Source: Felis catus (taxonomy: Eukaryota). Taken from it: 64,000 nucleotides of DNA. The DNA is taken from contig NC_058377.1 in assembly GCF_018350175.1 (NCBI RefSeq), forward strand, positions 100,626,001 through 100,690,000, given 5' to 3'. Of the stretch, positions 50,517 to 63,280 are shown one piece after another. How positions within the stretch are numbered: position 1 is the stretch's first letter; the number at the start of each line of letters is the position of its first letter. Made by a program: the position numbers and the translations under genes. Below the pieces are notes generated by a model, which saw only the letters and a list, made by a program, of their open reading frames with translations, was not told where the DNA came from and ran no database searches.

Positions 50517-51011
50517 AATGAAGCAAATAATTGATGAGACAATGGAAATCTAATACTCAATTAAAATGTCCTAATGCATATTTTAAGACCTTAGCCATTT
50601 GGAGATCCACTGAAATCACTCATTCATTTAACAAAATCCCTTTAAATATCTAGTGTCAATACTCGTCCCAGAACTTTGGATAGCATGGTGAATTAAACAA
50701 AGTCCGAGTTTTTGTGTAGTTTACATCCTTTTGTGAGAAGACAGGAAATTATGCTCCCTAAGAATAAAAGGGGGATATCTAATAGTGTTAAGTATTTATT
50801 CAAGTACTAAGTCAAAGTATACGTATTAATGTAAATAGTGTTACGTGTTAATTCCATCAATGTTAAGTGAACAATTTTAGGATGTAAACTGGAGAATTTA
50901 CTTGAACAGATGGTTTCTAATGAGGTCACAAAAACAGTGGAGGGCATGTGAGTGATTTATACAATGCTGGGCATATAATCAATGTTAAATAGATACTAAC
51001 TAAAAAAAACT

Positions 51012-51231
51012 GGGGTCGCTTGGGTGGCTCAGTCAGTCAAGTGTTCTACTTCAGCTTAGGTTAGGTCATCATCTCACGGCTTGTGAGTTTGAGCCCCGCC
51101 TCTGGCTCTGTGCTGACAGCTGAGAGCTTGGAGTCAGCTTCGGATTCTGGGTCTCCCTCTTCCTCTGCCCCTCCCCTTGTGCTCTGTCTCTCAAAAATGA
51201 ATAAACATTTTAAAAAATTAAAAAAAAAAAA
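51012..51231 (+). mobile_element. Can-SINE
   Basis: SINEC body and A tail. Confidence 0.9.
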
Positions 51232-51540
51232 GAAACAACTGGCAAGTACACAGTTTGCTAGAGGCTTAAAGGAATAACAATACAGGACTAGAAATAACCA
51301 TTAATCCACTAATCAAGTAATTCATGATAGAACTAAAGAGGAAGTTATTTTTCTAATTTGCCCTATAGTTTTGAGGGGTTTATAAGAGAAAATAAGTATA
51401 GAAATTATTCCATGAAATTTTTATATTACTTGAGTTCTTTGTAGCATAATGTAGCTACTGTTCTGTTTTTCCTATTTCTTTCTCTTGCAGGATTATAAGA
51501 AAACCAACCTTACTTTTAAAATTTTCTTGTTGTTTCAATA

Positions 51541-51782
51541 ATTTTTATTTTATTCTTTTAAATGTTTATTTATTTATTTATTTAGAGAGAGAGAGAGAGA
51601 GATATAGGGAGCACCCGAGCAGGGCAGGGGAGGGCAGAGAGAGAGGGAGAGAGAGAATCCCAAGCAGGCTCCATGCTGTCAATGCAGAGCCTGATGTGCG
51701 GCTCAATCTCATGAACCATGAGATCAGGACATGAGCCAAAATCGGGTTGGATGCTTAACCAACTGAGCCACCCAGACGTCTC
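51541..51782 (-). mobile_element. Can-SINE
   Basis: (TTTA)n tail, (GA)n tract. Confidence 0.9.
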
Positions 51783-52619
51783 TGGGTCAGTAATTTTTAA
51801 ATGAATTAAAACATGTTTACACATCACTGATATCTTCTACTTTTCTGTTAAATTGGATGTATTCTACTACAAGAGAAATTAAACTTAGTAATTAAGAGCC
51901 ATGTAGTTGAAAAATATTAACTTTAGAATTAATACTTAGGAGTCAACGGTGCTTCCTTATAAGAAATATATATCCAAAGTGCAAACATTCTTTAGTTTAT
52001 ATCAAGTTATGTTATATCCAAGATAAATTAATTTAAATATTTAAGTAAATTATTGACAATGGCTATTTCATGATAATTACACTACACAGATTTTAGTTTT
52101 CCAATTTATACTTTTTTTATTGCCCAAAACTTTTACCATGAACCTCTATTCATTTTTAGAAAAAGATATATTTTATAAATAAGTGTATTTTATATATCTA
52201 ATGTTTATGATGTAAGTGAATTTGAAAGTGTCTTTGTAAATTTATCCTTTTAGCCTGTCCATTTATCCTTTAAATGTAGTTTAAAATATTGAAGGATTAT
52301 GCCCACTAGATTCTGGAAGCCCACTTAGATTTTTATAGGAAACTGAGGCCAGGGGTCACACTGAAAATTATTTATCCTTAAGTGAGAATTTATTGAGAAA
52401 CAAAAATGTTTTGATTTTTATCAGGTTTTTTTTTAGTTGAACGATAACACCCACAAATTTGCTAAATAAAAGGAATGTTTCAATTCTGTGTCAATAATAC
52501 CAAAGATCTTGCAATGTCAGACAAAGAAATAAGGATTCAGAAAATGCTAAAGCATTACACAATTTTAAATACTGTTGTCACAAGACTGTGACTCAGCATG
52601 GGATGAAGAAATGATATGA

Positions 52620-52844
52620 GGGGCGCCTGGGTGGCTCAGTCGGTTAAATGACCGACTTCGGCTCAGGTCATGATCTCACGGTTTGTGAGTTCAAGCCCTG
52701 CGTTGGGCTCTGTGCCGACGGCTTGGAGCCTGGAGCCTGCTTTGGATTCTGTGTCTCCCTCTCTCTCTCTGCCCCTCCCAAGCTCATGCTCAGTTTCTCT
52801 CTATCTCTCAATAATGAATAAACATTTAAAAAAATTAAAAAAAA
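52620..52844 (+). mobile_element. Can-SINE
   Basis: TSD aagaaatgata. Confidence 0.93.
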
Positions 52845-53449
52845 GAAATGATAGGAAGATCAATGTAAATTTCTTTTGAATAACTCCATATTTTTTCTAC
52901 TTATCAACCCCTTCAAAATAAGCAGTGTTTCAGAAACGTTATTTGAATTGCCTTTTTTCAGGTGATCAATTATGGTTGCCTAAGTTGGAAATATACAAAA
53001 ACGTGGGCTCCTTTAATTTCAAAATACGTCCTCAAACACAATACTTTAAAATAATGGAGTTGCTTTCCTCCATCATTTTCTTCCTTACCTTCTTAGAGAA
53101 TCTGCCCACACAAGTGGCATGATTCTAGAAAATGATTTCTTCATATTCTGTCAAATAGAAGCAGTTATACGACATTCCAGGTAATTATCTGGCAAGTGCA
53201 CTGTACCAATAGATCTTTCCCCATTCTGTTAATTGCTTATTCCCTACAAATCAGACTCCCATCCATACAATAAAGAAGTTGGATTAGATAATCTTTGAAG
53301 ATTAGATAATCTTTGCTCCCCTGACTTTGACTGTATGACTCCTGATTCATCAGTAGTTTGGGGAAGACATCTGTCTGCCTCCCTCATGCCTTCCCTGCTC
53401 CATTGGATAAATTGAAACTACAGAAAATATAGTATTAACAAGTTCACTA

Positions 53450-53600
53450 CCATTTCTGTGCCTCAGTTTCCTTCTCTGTAAAATTGAAGTAACAATAATA
53501 CCTCCTTATAGGGTGACATTTTGAAATAATAAAGTTAATAAGTGGGAAATTTCTTAGAGCAGTTTCTGGAAAGTATTAGACGTTTAATAACTGTTAGCCA
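53450..53600. mobile_element. MIR fragment
   Basis: tctgtgcctcagtttccttctctgtaaaat...aataatacct. Confidence 0.7.
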
Positions 53601-55161
53601 CCTTCCACAATGACTGAACGTAAGATCAAAGCCCTGGAGAAAAATGTAAGTAGACCAGATCAGAAACTGTTATCTGAGACTATCCCTGCCTTCACAATAT
53701 TAGGAATAACAAACTTTGGAGATGGACCCTAGTTCTTAACATAGCTCTGATACTTAAATGCAAGATTCTTCACTTCCTTGAACATTTTCTTCCTTCTTCC
53801 ATAAAATGAACATTGCAGTGCCTAACTTACAGAATTACGGAGAAAGTCAAGTAAAATAATGCATATGAAGCTCAATGTTAAAAAACATACTAGTTGCTCC
53901 TGTTTCCTCCTTGCAACTTCCTGTAGTGTTATAAACATAGGAGATACTCAGGATATTCAAGTGGTAGGAGATCCCACTAATTAAGAAGTTAAGTTCTAGA
54001 GCTATATAAAATAAGATATAGGACTTGGCTCCAAAATTCATGGAAAAATCTTGGGAAAAATATGTAACCTCATTTCCTTCATTCACAAAATGAGTAATAC
54101 TGTAACTCTGAGGTCTATTGTAAAGATTTGATGAGTTTATTTATGTAAAAGCTTAGTACAGAACCTGGTATGTAAAAATTAGATATTTGATGAATATTGT
54201 TAGCATTAATATTTTCATTTTTGCCATTTCAGTGGACATAAATATAAATTAAGAATAATAAGTCAGATTATGATTCTTATTACAAATTGTGAATAGCTTA
54301 TTAAAAGCACATATTTCAACACGGGTAAATGAAGGTTAAGTAGATAAGACATAGCATAGTTTCCCTGCCATAAACAATCTGTTTTTTTTCTTACCTGAGG
54401 GCTGGGGTTTCTCACATCAGGATTAACATTCCCATAACATTAAATACAAAATCTTTCCCAGCTTGTCAGCTGACCTTCAACTCAGAAACCTGAAGGTCAA
54501 CTTCTCGCTCACTACAGTCATTTAATGCTTCTATTTTCTTTCCTTTGGATTCATCAACCTTCTCTAAATTAGATGGATGTTCAATTCCCCTTTCACCTCA
54601 AAAAAATGTCTATATTAAACCTGGACAAAAAGAAATGTACCCCTTAGATATTATACAATGGAGCAGGTTGATTGAAAATTTTGCCATACACTTTTGCTTC
54701 TTCAGTCTTAGAATCATATGGGTATTTTAGTGTTTAATCATTTTATATTCAGCTCCTTTACTGAACTTCTGTCCAGGGACCTCCTAAGCCAGTAAACCCC
54801 TCTCCATATTCAATTATCCTTGACTATGGAATATCAAGGGATAATGAATAACTACATTCATGATATTCTAAATGAGGCCAAACAGATAAACCCACAAATA
54901 CTTTGATAGCTGTTGAGGATGCGGCACTAATGACTAGAGCATCCGACACGCATATCTTCAGCCCACATAGCTACCGTGTGTTATAGATGGAAAACAAGGC
55001 GGAACTTTCCCCAGATCGTAGAGGTTGTATTTTCAATGGTTATGGAAGTTTTCCCATGCAAAGATTTCTTAAAAACATCAGATACAAATTGCATTTGGAA
55101 CGACTGGCGTATTCTTTTGAAGTAGAATGACTGGCCTCTTTATGAGCTGGATTTAACTTAC

Positions 55162-55210
55162 CAGCTGCTTCACTCAACAGACAGATTTCTTGTAAGCTGA
55201 GGCTTCACGC
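55162..55210 (-). other. Candidate 49-nt 5' non-coding exon of gene 5
   Basis: Minus strand: tttttttctcttccaattttatcttAG | exon | CTG-GTAAGT. Homologous to the block upstream of gene 4. Confidence 0.5.
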
Positions 55211-56196
55211 CTAAGATAAAATTGGAAGAGAAAAAAATTAACGTTGCTTTGCAATAATAAATCTTAATTGCATACAGTCTTATGAAGGAACTCTTGTGAT
55301 ATATCAACAAGAGATACCATTGTAAACTGAGCCAGATTTGAGATCTTTGCAAATTATTTTTTCATTTCTGAAAAAGAAATGTGTCTCTCTGACATTCATC
55401 TTACCTTCTAAAAACTTACATATATACTAAGTATATATATACTTTTCGATATTTATATATTAATGTATTTTTATATATTATATATAATGTATATATACAT
55501 TATATATACGTTATATATATATATTTGATATAGATATCAAATTGGTATTTAAAGCAAATTTTGAGAAAACATGTTATATAGAATAGCTCTCAACATCTCT
55601 GAGGGTTTACAAGTTTCCCATCAGTATACTTTGCCACAAATATAAACCATTGCTTAAGTTTCTCTCTCGTAACAAAGTTAATAATTATATTCCCCTAATG
55701 CATAGTATCCAAAGCACTGAGATTAGATGTGGGACACGGGACTAGAAGGAAACGTCGAATGCAATGTTCGTATGTCAGTACAGGGCAGAAGTGGGTGACT
55801 GAGGGAATAGGAGAGCTAAAATGAGAAGCACCAGAGAACCTTATGACCCAGATTAAAAGTACAGACTGTAGACCAAGGTTAAAGAGTTATTTTTTTTCCC
55901 CCAGGAAAACAAGCCTATTAAGGTGTTGGGATTTCTAACTGATGCTTGGAAAAGACTCCTTTCCTTTGCCACTATTCTTTCATGAAGCTTGTCTGCTCCC
56001 ATGGGTTCTGTTGCTTGGTGTGCATGTAGCTTAGAAGTTTATCTCTGTATGACAACCTCCTTTATTAAATTAAATTCTTTTATATTGTTATATATGATTA
56101 AAATTTCACATGTGTATTTTTGAAAACACAGAAGAATATTATAATAAATAAGATGTTTTCCTCAATTTCTTCATTTAAAAAATATTTACTGTCACC

Positions 56197-56368
56197 GGGG
56201 TACCTGGGCGACTCGGTTGGTTGAGTGTTCAACTTTGGCGCTGGTCATGATCTCATAATTCATGAGTTCAAGCCCCATATGGGGTTTACTACTGTCAGTA
56301 CAGAGCCTGCTTAGGATCCTCTGTCCCTGTCTCTCTGTCCCTCCCTGCTTTCACCCTCTCAAAAATAT
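56197..56368 (+). mobile_element. Can-SINE running into the gap
   Basis: ggggtacctgggcgactcgg start. Confidence 0.88.
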
Positions 56369-56516
56369 NNNNNNNNNNNNNNNNNNNNNNNNNNNNNNNN
56401 NNNNNNNNNNNNNNNNNNNNNNNNNNNNNNNNNNNNNNNNNNNNNNNNNNNNNNNNNNNNNNNNNNNNNNNNNNNNNNNNNNNNNNNNNNNNNNNNNNNN
56501 NNNNNNNNNNNNNNNN
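56369..56516. other. Assembly gap (N run)
   Basis: 148 N. Confidence 1.
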
Positions 56517-56826
56517 TAAAATAAGTCAGTCAGAGAAGGACAGATATCATATGGCTTCACTCACATGTGGATCTTGAGAAACTTAAGAGAGGACTGTGGG
56601 GGAAGAGAAGGAGAAAAAAAATAGTTACAAACAGAGAGGGAGAGAGGCAAACCATAAGAGACTCTTAAATACAGACAACAAACTGAGGGTCGATGGCGGG
56701 AAGGGGGGTGGAGGAGAGAGGAAATAGGTGATGGGCATTGAGGAGGGCACTTGTTGGGATGAGCACTGGGTGTTGTATGTAATTAAGCTAATTTGACAAT
56801 TATATTCATAATAAATTAAAAAAAAC
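56517..56826 (+). mobile_element. Felid/carnivore L1 3' end
   Basis: aaataagtcagtcagagaaggacagatatcatatg...aaccataagagactcttaaat...gagcactgggtgttgtatg. Confidence 0.9.
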
Positions 56827-57597
56827 ATATATGTTTACTGTCACCTACATCTAAAAAGTGTGAGTTGGATAAAATTCAGTATAAAGAATGCATATATTGG
56901 TGGACAAGACAGTCTCTGACTTTAAGGAGGCTAGAGACTAAAAGAAGAGGCAGATAATAAACCAGACAAATATATGATTACAAACAGCATATTCAAAAGC
57001 AAAGAACAGGGAACTGCTAGTCTTTTTTTTAAACATATGGAAACTTTATTAAACAGTAAATCTTTGACTTTTCTATGTTATTTGACTACTGCAACTTGGT
57101 TGTCTCTTGAATTTGCATTGAAGTAATTCTACAAGACAATTGTATTTTCTCATCTTTTTTACATCTAAAAAGTCTTGTCTTTCTATCTGTTCTAAACCTG
57201 CAAAGACACGATTAAATTAACAAAAAATTTACTTTCTCCTTACCATCTGCCTGAAAGCTTAATAGAAATTGTCATTATTATTGAAATTGTTTTAAACAGC
57301 ATATGTCTATGAATGCATCTATTTTTATAGATTGTTTTTTTACATTTTAACAATATTTTAAGACATCTGCATGCTCCAAATATTAATGTTCATGTTTTCT
57401 TCCTCATTTCAAGAAAGTTACATTCAGTGGGAAATTCCTCTAATCTATTTGTGTTCTGAAAGTAATAAAAGAAAGAGTTACAATTGTATTAGTATGTCCT
57501 AATTTCTATTTTTGAAATATTAATTATAAACTATACTATGTAGGAAACAGGTGTATGTTTGGGAGAAAGTGGGAGGCTCTAAACTCAGACTGCCTGG

Positions 57598-57829
57598 TTT
57601 CTTTCTTTCTTTCTTTCCTTTTTTTTTTTTAAATTTATTTATCTATTTTGAGAGAGAAACAGAGCATGAGCAATGGATGGGAAGAGAGCGAGAGAGACAG
57701 AGAGAGACAGAGAGAGACAGAGAGAGAATCCCAAGCAGGCTTTGTGCTGCCAGCATGGAGCCTGATACAGGGTGTGACCCCATAAGCCAGGAGATCAAGA
57801 CCATAGCCAAAGTCAAGAGCCAGACACCC
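57598..57829 (-). mobile_element. Can-SINE, 5'-truncated
   Basis: TSD ctcagactgcctgg. Confidence 0.88.
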
Positions 57830-58235
57830 CTCAGACTGCCTGGGTTTAAAGATCACACATTCTACTTGTTCTGAGAGACTTTACTGTAGGCTTAAAATAA
57901 TAAATGGATTTGACATCATAGTAAAATATTTTAAAACTCTACAATACGCAGAGGCTGGTAAACATAGCCTACATTTGTATCACCCCAGACTCCTTGATGA
58001 TAGGATTAAATTCTCAGTTTCTTCCAGTTTATTTCAACACTCTAAGTTTACCAGGTGTTACATTGTTAAAACGCCTTCCTTGTTTGCCAATTTAGCCTGT
58101 AGTCTCTTCCTTTCAAGCTGAAAGTTTCCTGGAGAACATTTTAAATATGTCCATATGCTCCACCCGTAAAAAAGGCCTTTTATAAAATTACAATATTAGG
58201 CTTTCAGCCCAGAAACAATTTATCTCATACGTAGC

Positions 58236-58447
58236 TTTATTTATTTTTTATTTTTTATTTGTTGAGAGAGAGAAACAGAGTACTAGCAGGGGAGGGGCGG
58301 GGGGGGGGGGGGTACACAGAATCTGAAGTAGGCTCCAGGCTCTGAGCTCTTTGCACAGACCCTAAGGCAGGGCTCGAACTCACAAACCGCAAGATCATGA
58401 CCTGAGCTGAAGTTGGATGCTTAACCAACTAAGCCACCCAGGCACCC
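58236..58447 (-). mobile_element. Can-SINE
   Basis: SINEC body with a G-run replacing (GA)n. Confidence 0.9.
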
Positions 58448-58976
58448 ATAACTTTCTCTAAAGCAACCAATAGCTGCAATGATTTCATGAAGCATGCCCC
58501 AAACTGGGAATTAAAGATAAATTGTTTGCTATTAATTTAGTAAGATAGATGCTAAAATTCTGCAAGACAGCTTGATTCATCTATAAAATGGAGTAGATTA
58601 TACTTCTATAAAATGGAAAATGGGAAAAATGGTAAAAATATCTAGAATTAATAAGAAAATTGGTAAGGTAGCTAAATCTAAGATATGTATACACATAATA
58701 AATAGATTGTATTTAATCTAGGAATAAAAATAGAGAAATAGAAAAATTATTCACAATAATGAGAAAACAATGTTATTTACAAATACATTTTACTAAGAAA
58801 CTCTGGATCAATAGGAATAAAATCACATGACCTTAAGTAAAGCCATATAATAAACACTGACAGAATCAGATCTCAAAGATTTAGATCAGGAGATATCATC
58901 AAAATAGCCATTTCCTGAATTAATATATAAATGTAATTACGTTTTCCATTAAAATCCAAGGATATTTTTGTTTTCG

Positions 58977-59204
58977 TTTTTTTTTTTTTAATTTTTTTTT
59001 CAATGTTTATTTATTTTTTGGGACAGAGAGAGACAGAGCATGAACGGGGGAGGGGCAGAGAGAGAGGGAGACACAGAATCAGAAACAGGCTCCAGGCTCC
59101 GAGCCATCAGCCCAGAGCCTGACGCGGGGCTCGAACTCACGGACCGTGAGATCGTGACCTGGCTGAAGTCGGACGCTTAACCGACTGCGCCACCCAGGCG
59201 CCCC
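58977..59204 (-). mobile_element. Young SINEC_Fc
   Basis: Near-identical to 30420-30658; TSD tattttt.ttttcgtttt. Confidence 0.95.
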
Positions 59205-59392
59205 TATTTTTATTTTCGTTTTGATAACATAATCCTAAGGTTTCTGAAGAAGGATAAGTGCTCAAACAGGGGCAAAACCCAAAAACAAAAAACCCCAAAC
59301 CCAGATCTCTATTAGTTGAAATTTCCCTCAGTTAATTGGGAACTATTCCCAACTGTTAATAGAAAACAGGTTAGGAACTTAAGCAAGTATTT

Positions 59393-59623
59393 CTTTTTTT
59401 TTTTTTTTTAATTTTTTTTTCAACGTTTATTTATTTTTGGGACAGAGAGAGACAGAGCATGAACGGGGGAGGGGCAGAGAGAGAGGGAGACACAGAATCC
59501 GAAACAGGCTCCAGGCTCTGAGCTGTCAGCCCAGAGCCTGACGCGGGGCTCGAACTCCCGGACCGCAAGATCGTGACCTGGCTGAAGTCAGATGCTTAAC
59601 CGACTACGCCACCCAGGCGCCCC
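59393..59623 (-). mobile_element. Young SINEC_Fc
   Basis: TSD aagtatttctt. Confidence 0.95.
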
Positions 59624-60072
59624 AAGTATTTCTTAATGTAGTAATAAGTTAATAAAAACAGCATATGCGCACAAAGATCGTATTTAAAACCACGATATAG
59701 TTGATTGAACGATGTAGTTGCTGATGTAGTTGGGACCCACAATCCTTCTAGATTCTTGCTCCACCATGTTTTTTGTGAAGCACTTGTCCCTCTGGTTGCA
59801 AAACGGCTGCTCCCCCTATAGCTTTGGAAGATGCCATCTCTATTTACAGGCTAATAAAAAAGTTTAAGTTCAACAAGGTATAATACATTTGTCATAAATC
59901 CCATAGATTTGAAGCTGGCCCTAACTGGAAGGCTCACTGAGTCGAATAGTGGTTTTCATAATATGGACGTCAAATAATGTGCAATTTACACATGAATCAA
60001 TATATTTTGTTTCTAAACATGAAAACAAAATAAGTCCACTCTGTGAGGAAAAAAAACCAAAACAGCACCAGT

Positions 60073-60311
60073 GGGGCACCTGGGTTGCTCAGTCGGTTGA
60101 GCATCCGACTTCAGCTCAGGTCATGATCTCACACTCCGTGAGTTCAAGCCCTGCATCGGGCTCTGTGCTGACACCTCAGAGCCTGGAGCCTGTTTCCGAT
60201 TCTGTGTCTCCCTCTCTCTCTGCCCCTCCCCCACTCATGCTCTGTCTCTCTCTGTCTCAAAAATAAATACACGTTAAAAAGAAATTTTTTTAACAAAAAT
60301 AAAAAAAAAAA
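60073..60311 (+). mobile_element. Can-SINE
   Basis: TSD cagcacca. Confidence 0.93.
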
Positions 60312-60686
60312 CCAGCACCAAAGACAAGCTGTGTTAACTTTTGACAACTGTTCAGTCGTATTCATGATGGATACTGTAGAAGAGAATTTTAGGGGCTAAT
60401 ATGTAATTACATATACACATACACACAGCCCTCACATTCTATTGAACATTTTTTCTCAGCTATTCTGTCTGTGTGAGCATTTGCATATTTTTCTTTTTTC
60501 CCTTTTTAATTGTAATGGCTTTGCAACAGTTCTCTCCTTGTCTGTTTGGTTTTGTCCTAGAAACTTGAGGGTTGGGAGTTTCTTTCCCATAAATGTGAAG
60601 ATATAAAAACTGCTTCTCTGTGAGTTTATAGCTCTTGGCTCATCCCCCAGAGACCATATATTTCAAAATGAACTTAAAAAAAACAC

Positions 60687-60872
60687 ATTTATTTTGTTTT
60701 TAGAGAAGAGGTGTGAGTGGGGGAGAGGGGCAGAAGGAGAGAGAAAGAATCCCAAGCAGCCTCCATGCTCAGTGCAGAGCCATACGCAGGACTTGATCTC
60801 ATGACTCTGGGATCACGACTTGAGCATAAATCAAGAGTTGGACACTCAACTGACTGAGCCACCCAGGTCCCC
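60687..60872 (-). mobile_element. Can-SINE
   Basis: TSD aaatgaac. Confidence 0.88.
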
Positions 60873-61493
60873 TGAAATGAACCTTTAACTGGCTATACTT
60901 TCTAAGCATCTGACAGGAAAGCTCACAGTAGCATCTGAAGAAGAGTGTTTTTGTATAGACTTCACAGACCCAGGTGACACAGGAATGAAATGAAAAGGGA
61001 ACTGACTTGTGTAATTTTCAACTACCCAGAAAATGTTTCATTCTGCTCTTCATCCTTGAAAGGAGTTTATGTCATAACCATCCGTATGATCCATATAACT
61101 CAGCATCTTCATAGAAATGCCAATTCAAGGCTATTAAAAGACTCTTCATGGATTTACTAGATTGTTCTTAAAAATCAAAAGGTTTTAGCTAATATTTCTG
61201 AAGGATTCTAACAGATAAAGGATATTGTCTGAAAAGATGCCATGGTCATCCCATCCCAGACTGTGTTTTAAAAAAAGTAAAAAAAAAAACCATGATGTCA
61301 AGTCACAACAAAGAAGTTTTCAGATGTGTTACAATGGAATTCTTTTGCTTTTAATTTATATTTATACATATGTATATATGTATGTATGTATGTATGTATT
61401 TTTGAATACACTGGCTAAAATCCAGTTTGAAAACCTCATGTCATACCCGGGGGATGTGTTTGGTGATGGGGGAAATGCATAAGTGTAAAACTC

Positions 61494-61694
61494 TTTTCTT
61501 TTTGCTTGTTTATTTATTTAGGGCACATGAGCAGGGAAGGGGCAGAGACAGAGGGAGAGAGAGAATCCCCAGCAGGCTCTGTGCTGCCAGTGCAGAGCCC
61601 GACATGGGGCTCCATTCCACAAATTGTGAGATCATTACCTGAGCCGAAATCAAGAGTTGGATGCTTAACCGACTGAGCCACCCAGGTACCCCCA
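61494..61694 (-). mobile_element. Can-SINE
   Basis: SINEC body ending ccaggtacccc. Confidence 0.9.
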
Positions 61695-62249
61695 ATTTTT
61701 TTTCTTTAAATAGGCCTAGCCTATCAGGAACCAACAATAGCATGCAGCTTGCTTGTTTGGTTGTACAATTAAATACTCGCTTTTGCTTGGAGGCTACATT
61801 ATGCTACGAAGTATTTTAATATCAGTAACAGTATATACTATGAAGTGCATTTCTGTTAGAAATTAGCATGATGATATACATATTAAAAACACCCAAAACA
61901 AACCATAAGTGAGCAAGAGTTAAAACATAACATTTATAAATAGCAAAACCACCAAATAAAGTATATATTGTATAGATTTACTTATGAACAAATACATTGT
62001 GCATCTAGGGACAAAAAAATGTGTTTTATATCACATAACATCTGAACATTAGAAATGAAGATACTTATAATCCTCTAAAAGCCTTGTCGTTTTCCCCCAC
62101 TTAACATTCCCTTAAATGTATATACATTAAAACAGTGATATTGGCAAAACTATCACCTCTTTAAGTGTAATGTTTTCACTTCCCCAGCAGGGTACATTGG
62201 CCTGTAGAACAGTAAGTAAGAGAGCAGACACTTGTTCTAATTATAGTCT

Positions 62250-62410
62250 TATGTTCATGTTTCAGGAAGGAAGAAGGGGAAAGGAAAGAAAACAAAAGTG
62301 TCAAGATGTAAAACTTTCCCAGAATTCCCCAGGAAGCTCCCATTTAGTTTTCGTGGATGACGGCTGCATCACTGGTTGACCTAGTTAGAAGAGAGACTGG
62401 GGAACCACTA
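62250..62410. mobile_element. Old MaLR LTR fragment (MLT1J/K-like)
   Basis: caggaaggaagaagggg...tttcccagaa...cctag...gactgggga resembles the MLT1J/K consensus as recalled. Confidence 0.4.
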
Positions 62411-62788
62411 GCATGAACAATCTCTGAGCTCTGATAGCAATTTTTTTAAAAAGGAGAAATCTAGGTAGGCATCTGGAAACATCTGAAATAGTATACACAA
62501 TAAGAACGCTGAAAGGGCATTTGCTTTCTCAGATATCAGTTCAATAAGGAATTGGTTTTAGAAAGGACAAATACTTTTTGGAAGAAGATTTGGAACCCAG
62601 AAATATTTCTTAATATATATAAAGAATGTGTTACATGATAAATATATAGTTCTATTAATAGGCTCCCTTCTTTTAGGTTATATTCTCTGTCAGAGTGATT
62701 TTTCCCAGTATATGTATTTAGCGTTTATTCATTCCACAATATGTGTTGGTTATTTGTTATGTACTAGCCGTTATTCTAGGAACAAAGT

Positions 62789-62824
62789 AAAACAAAACAA
62801 AACAAAACAAAACAAAACAAAACA
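62789..62824 (+). repeat. (AAAAC)n microsatellite inside an L2 remnant
   Basis: About 7 units. Confidence 0.9.
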
Positions 62825-63059
62825 AATAAGCAAACAAACAAAAACAAAAAACACAGATACCCTGGCTTCATTGAGCTTGCATTTAATTGAGACAGCCACT
62901 AAATAAAGTAATAGGTTAAATGCTAATAAATATTTAGTATTAATGTGTAATAGGTTAAATACGAATAAGTGTAAGGATTAAATAGAACAATGAAGAGAGA
63001 TAAAAAGAGTCTGGGTATAGATGTGAATGTGTGTGGAAATTTTAACGAGGTTGACCAGC

Positions 63060-63280
63060 CCATAGACTGATGAATGGATAAAGATGAGGTATGTATGTAT
63101 GTATGTATGTATGTATGTATATATATATATATGTGTGTGTGTTACTGAACTATAAAAAAAAATGAAACCTTGTCATTTGCAATGACATGGATGGAGCTAG
63201 AGAGTATAATGTTAAGTGAAGTCAGTCAGAGAATGAGAAATACCATGTGATTTCACTCCTGTGTGGAATTTAAGAAACTA
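63060..63280 (+). mobile_element. L1 3' fragment (L1_Carn/L1MA-like) with (TATG)n(TA)n(TG)n
   Basis: gatgaatggataaaga...catttgcaatgacatggatggagctagagagtataatgttaagtgaa. Confidence 0.85.

Noticed and set aside
2796-53315. Short two-copy tandem duplications (2796-2850, 10650-10689, 27886-27923, 53282-53315) as CRISPR-like or functional arrays
   Set aside because: Only two copies each, no unique spacers, eukaryotic DNA; ordinary slippage.
817-61743. Dozens of short ORFs with recurring peptides (GAWVAQSV, SGSVLTAQSLEP, ERIPSRL) that look like a repeated gene family
   Set aside because: They are translations of Can-SINE copies, each with TSDs and A-tails.
62310-62345. O/E-like sites (ttcccagaattccccaggaa) as an OR enhancer
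   Set aside because: Better explained as part of an old MLT1 LTR fragment; no adjacent homeodomain composite seen.
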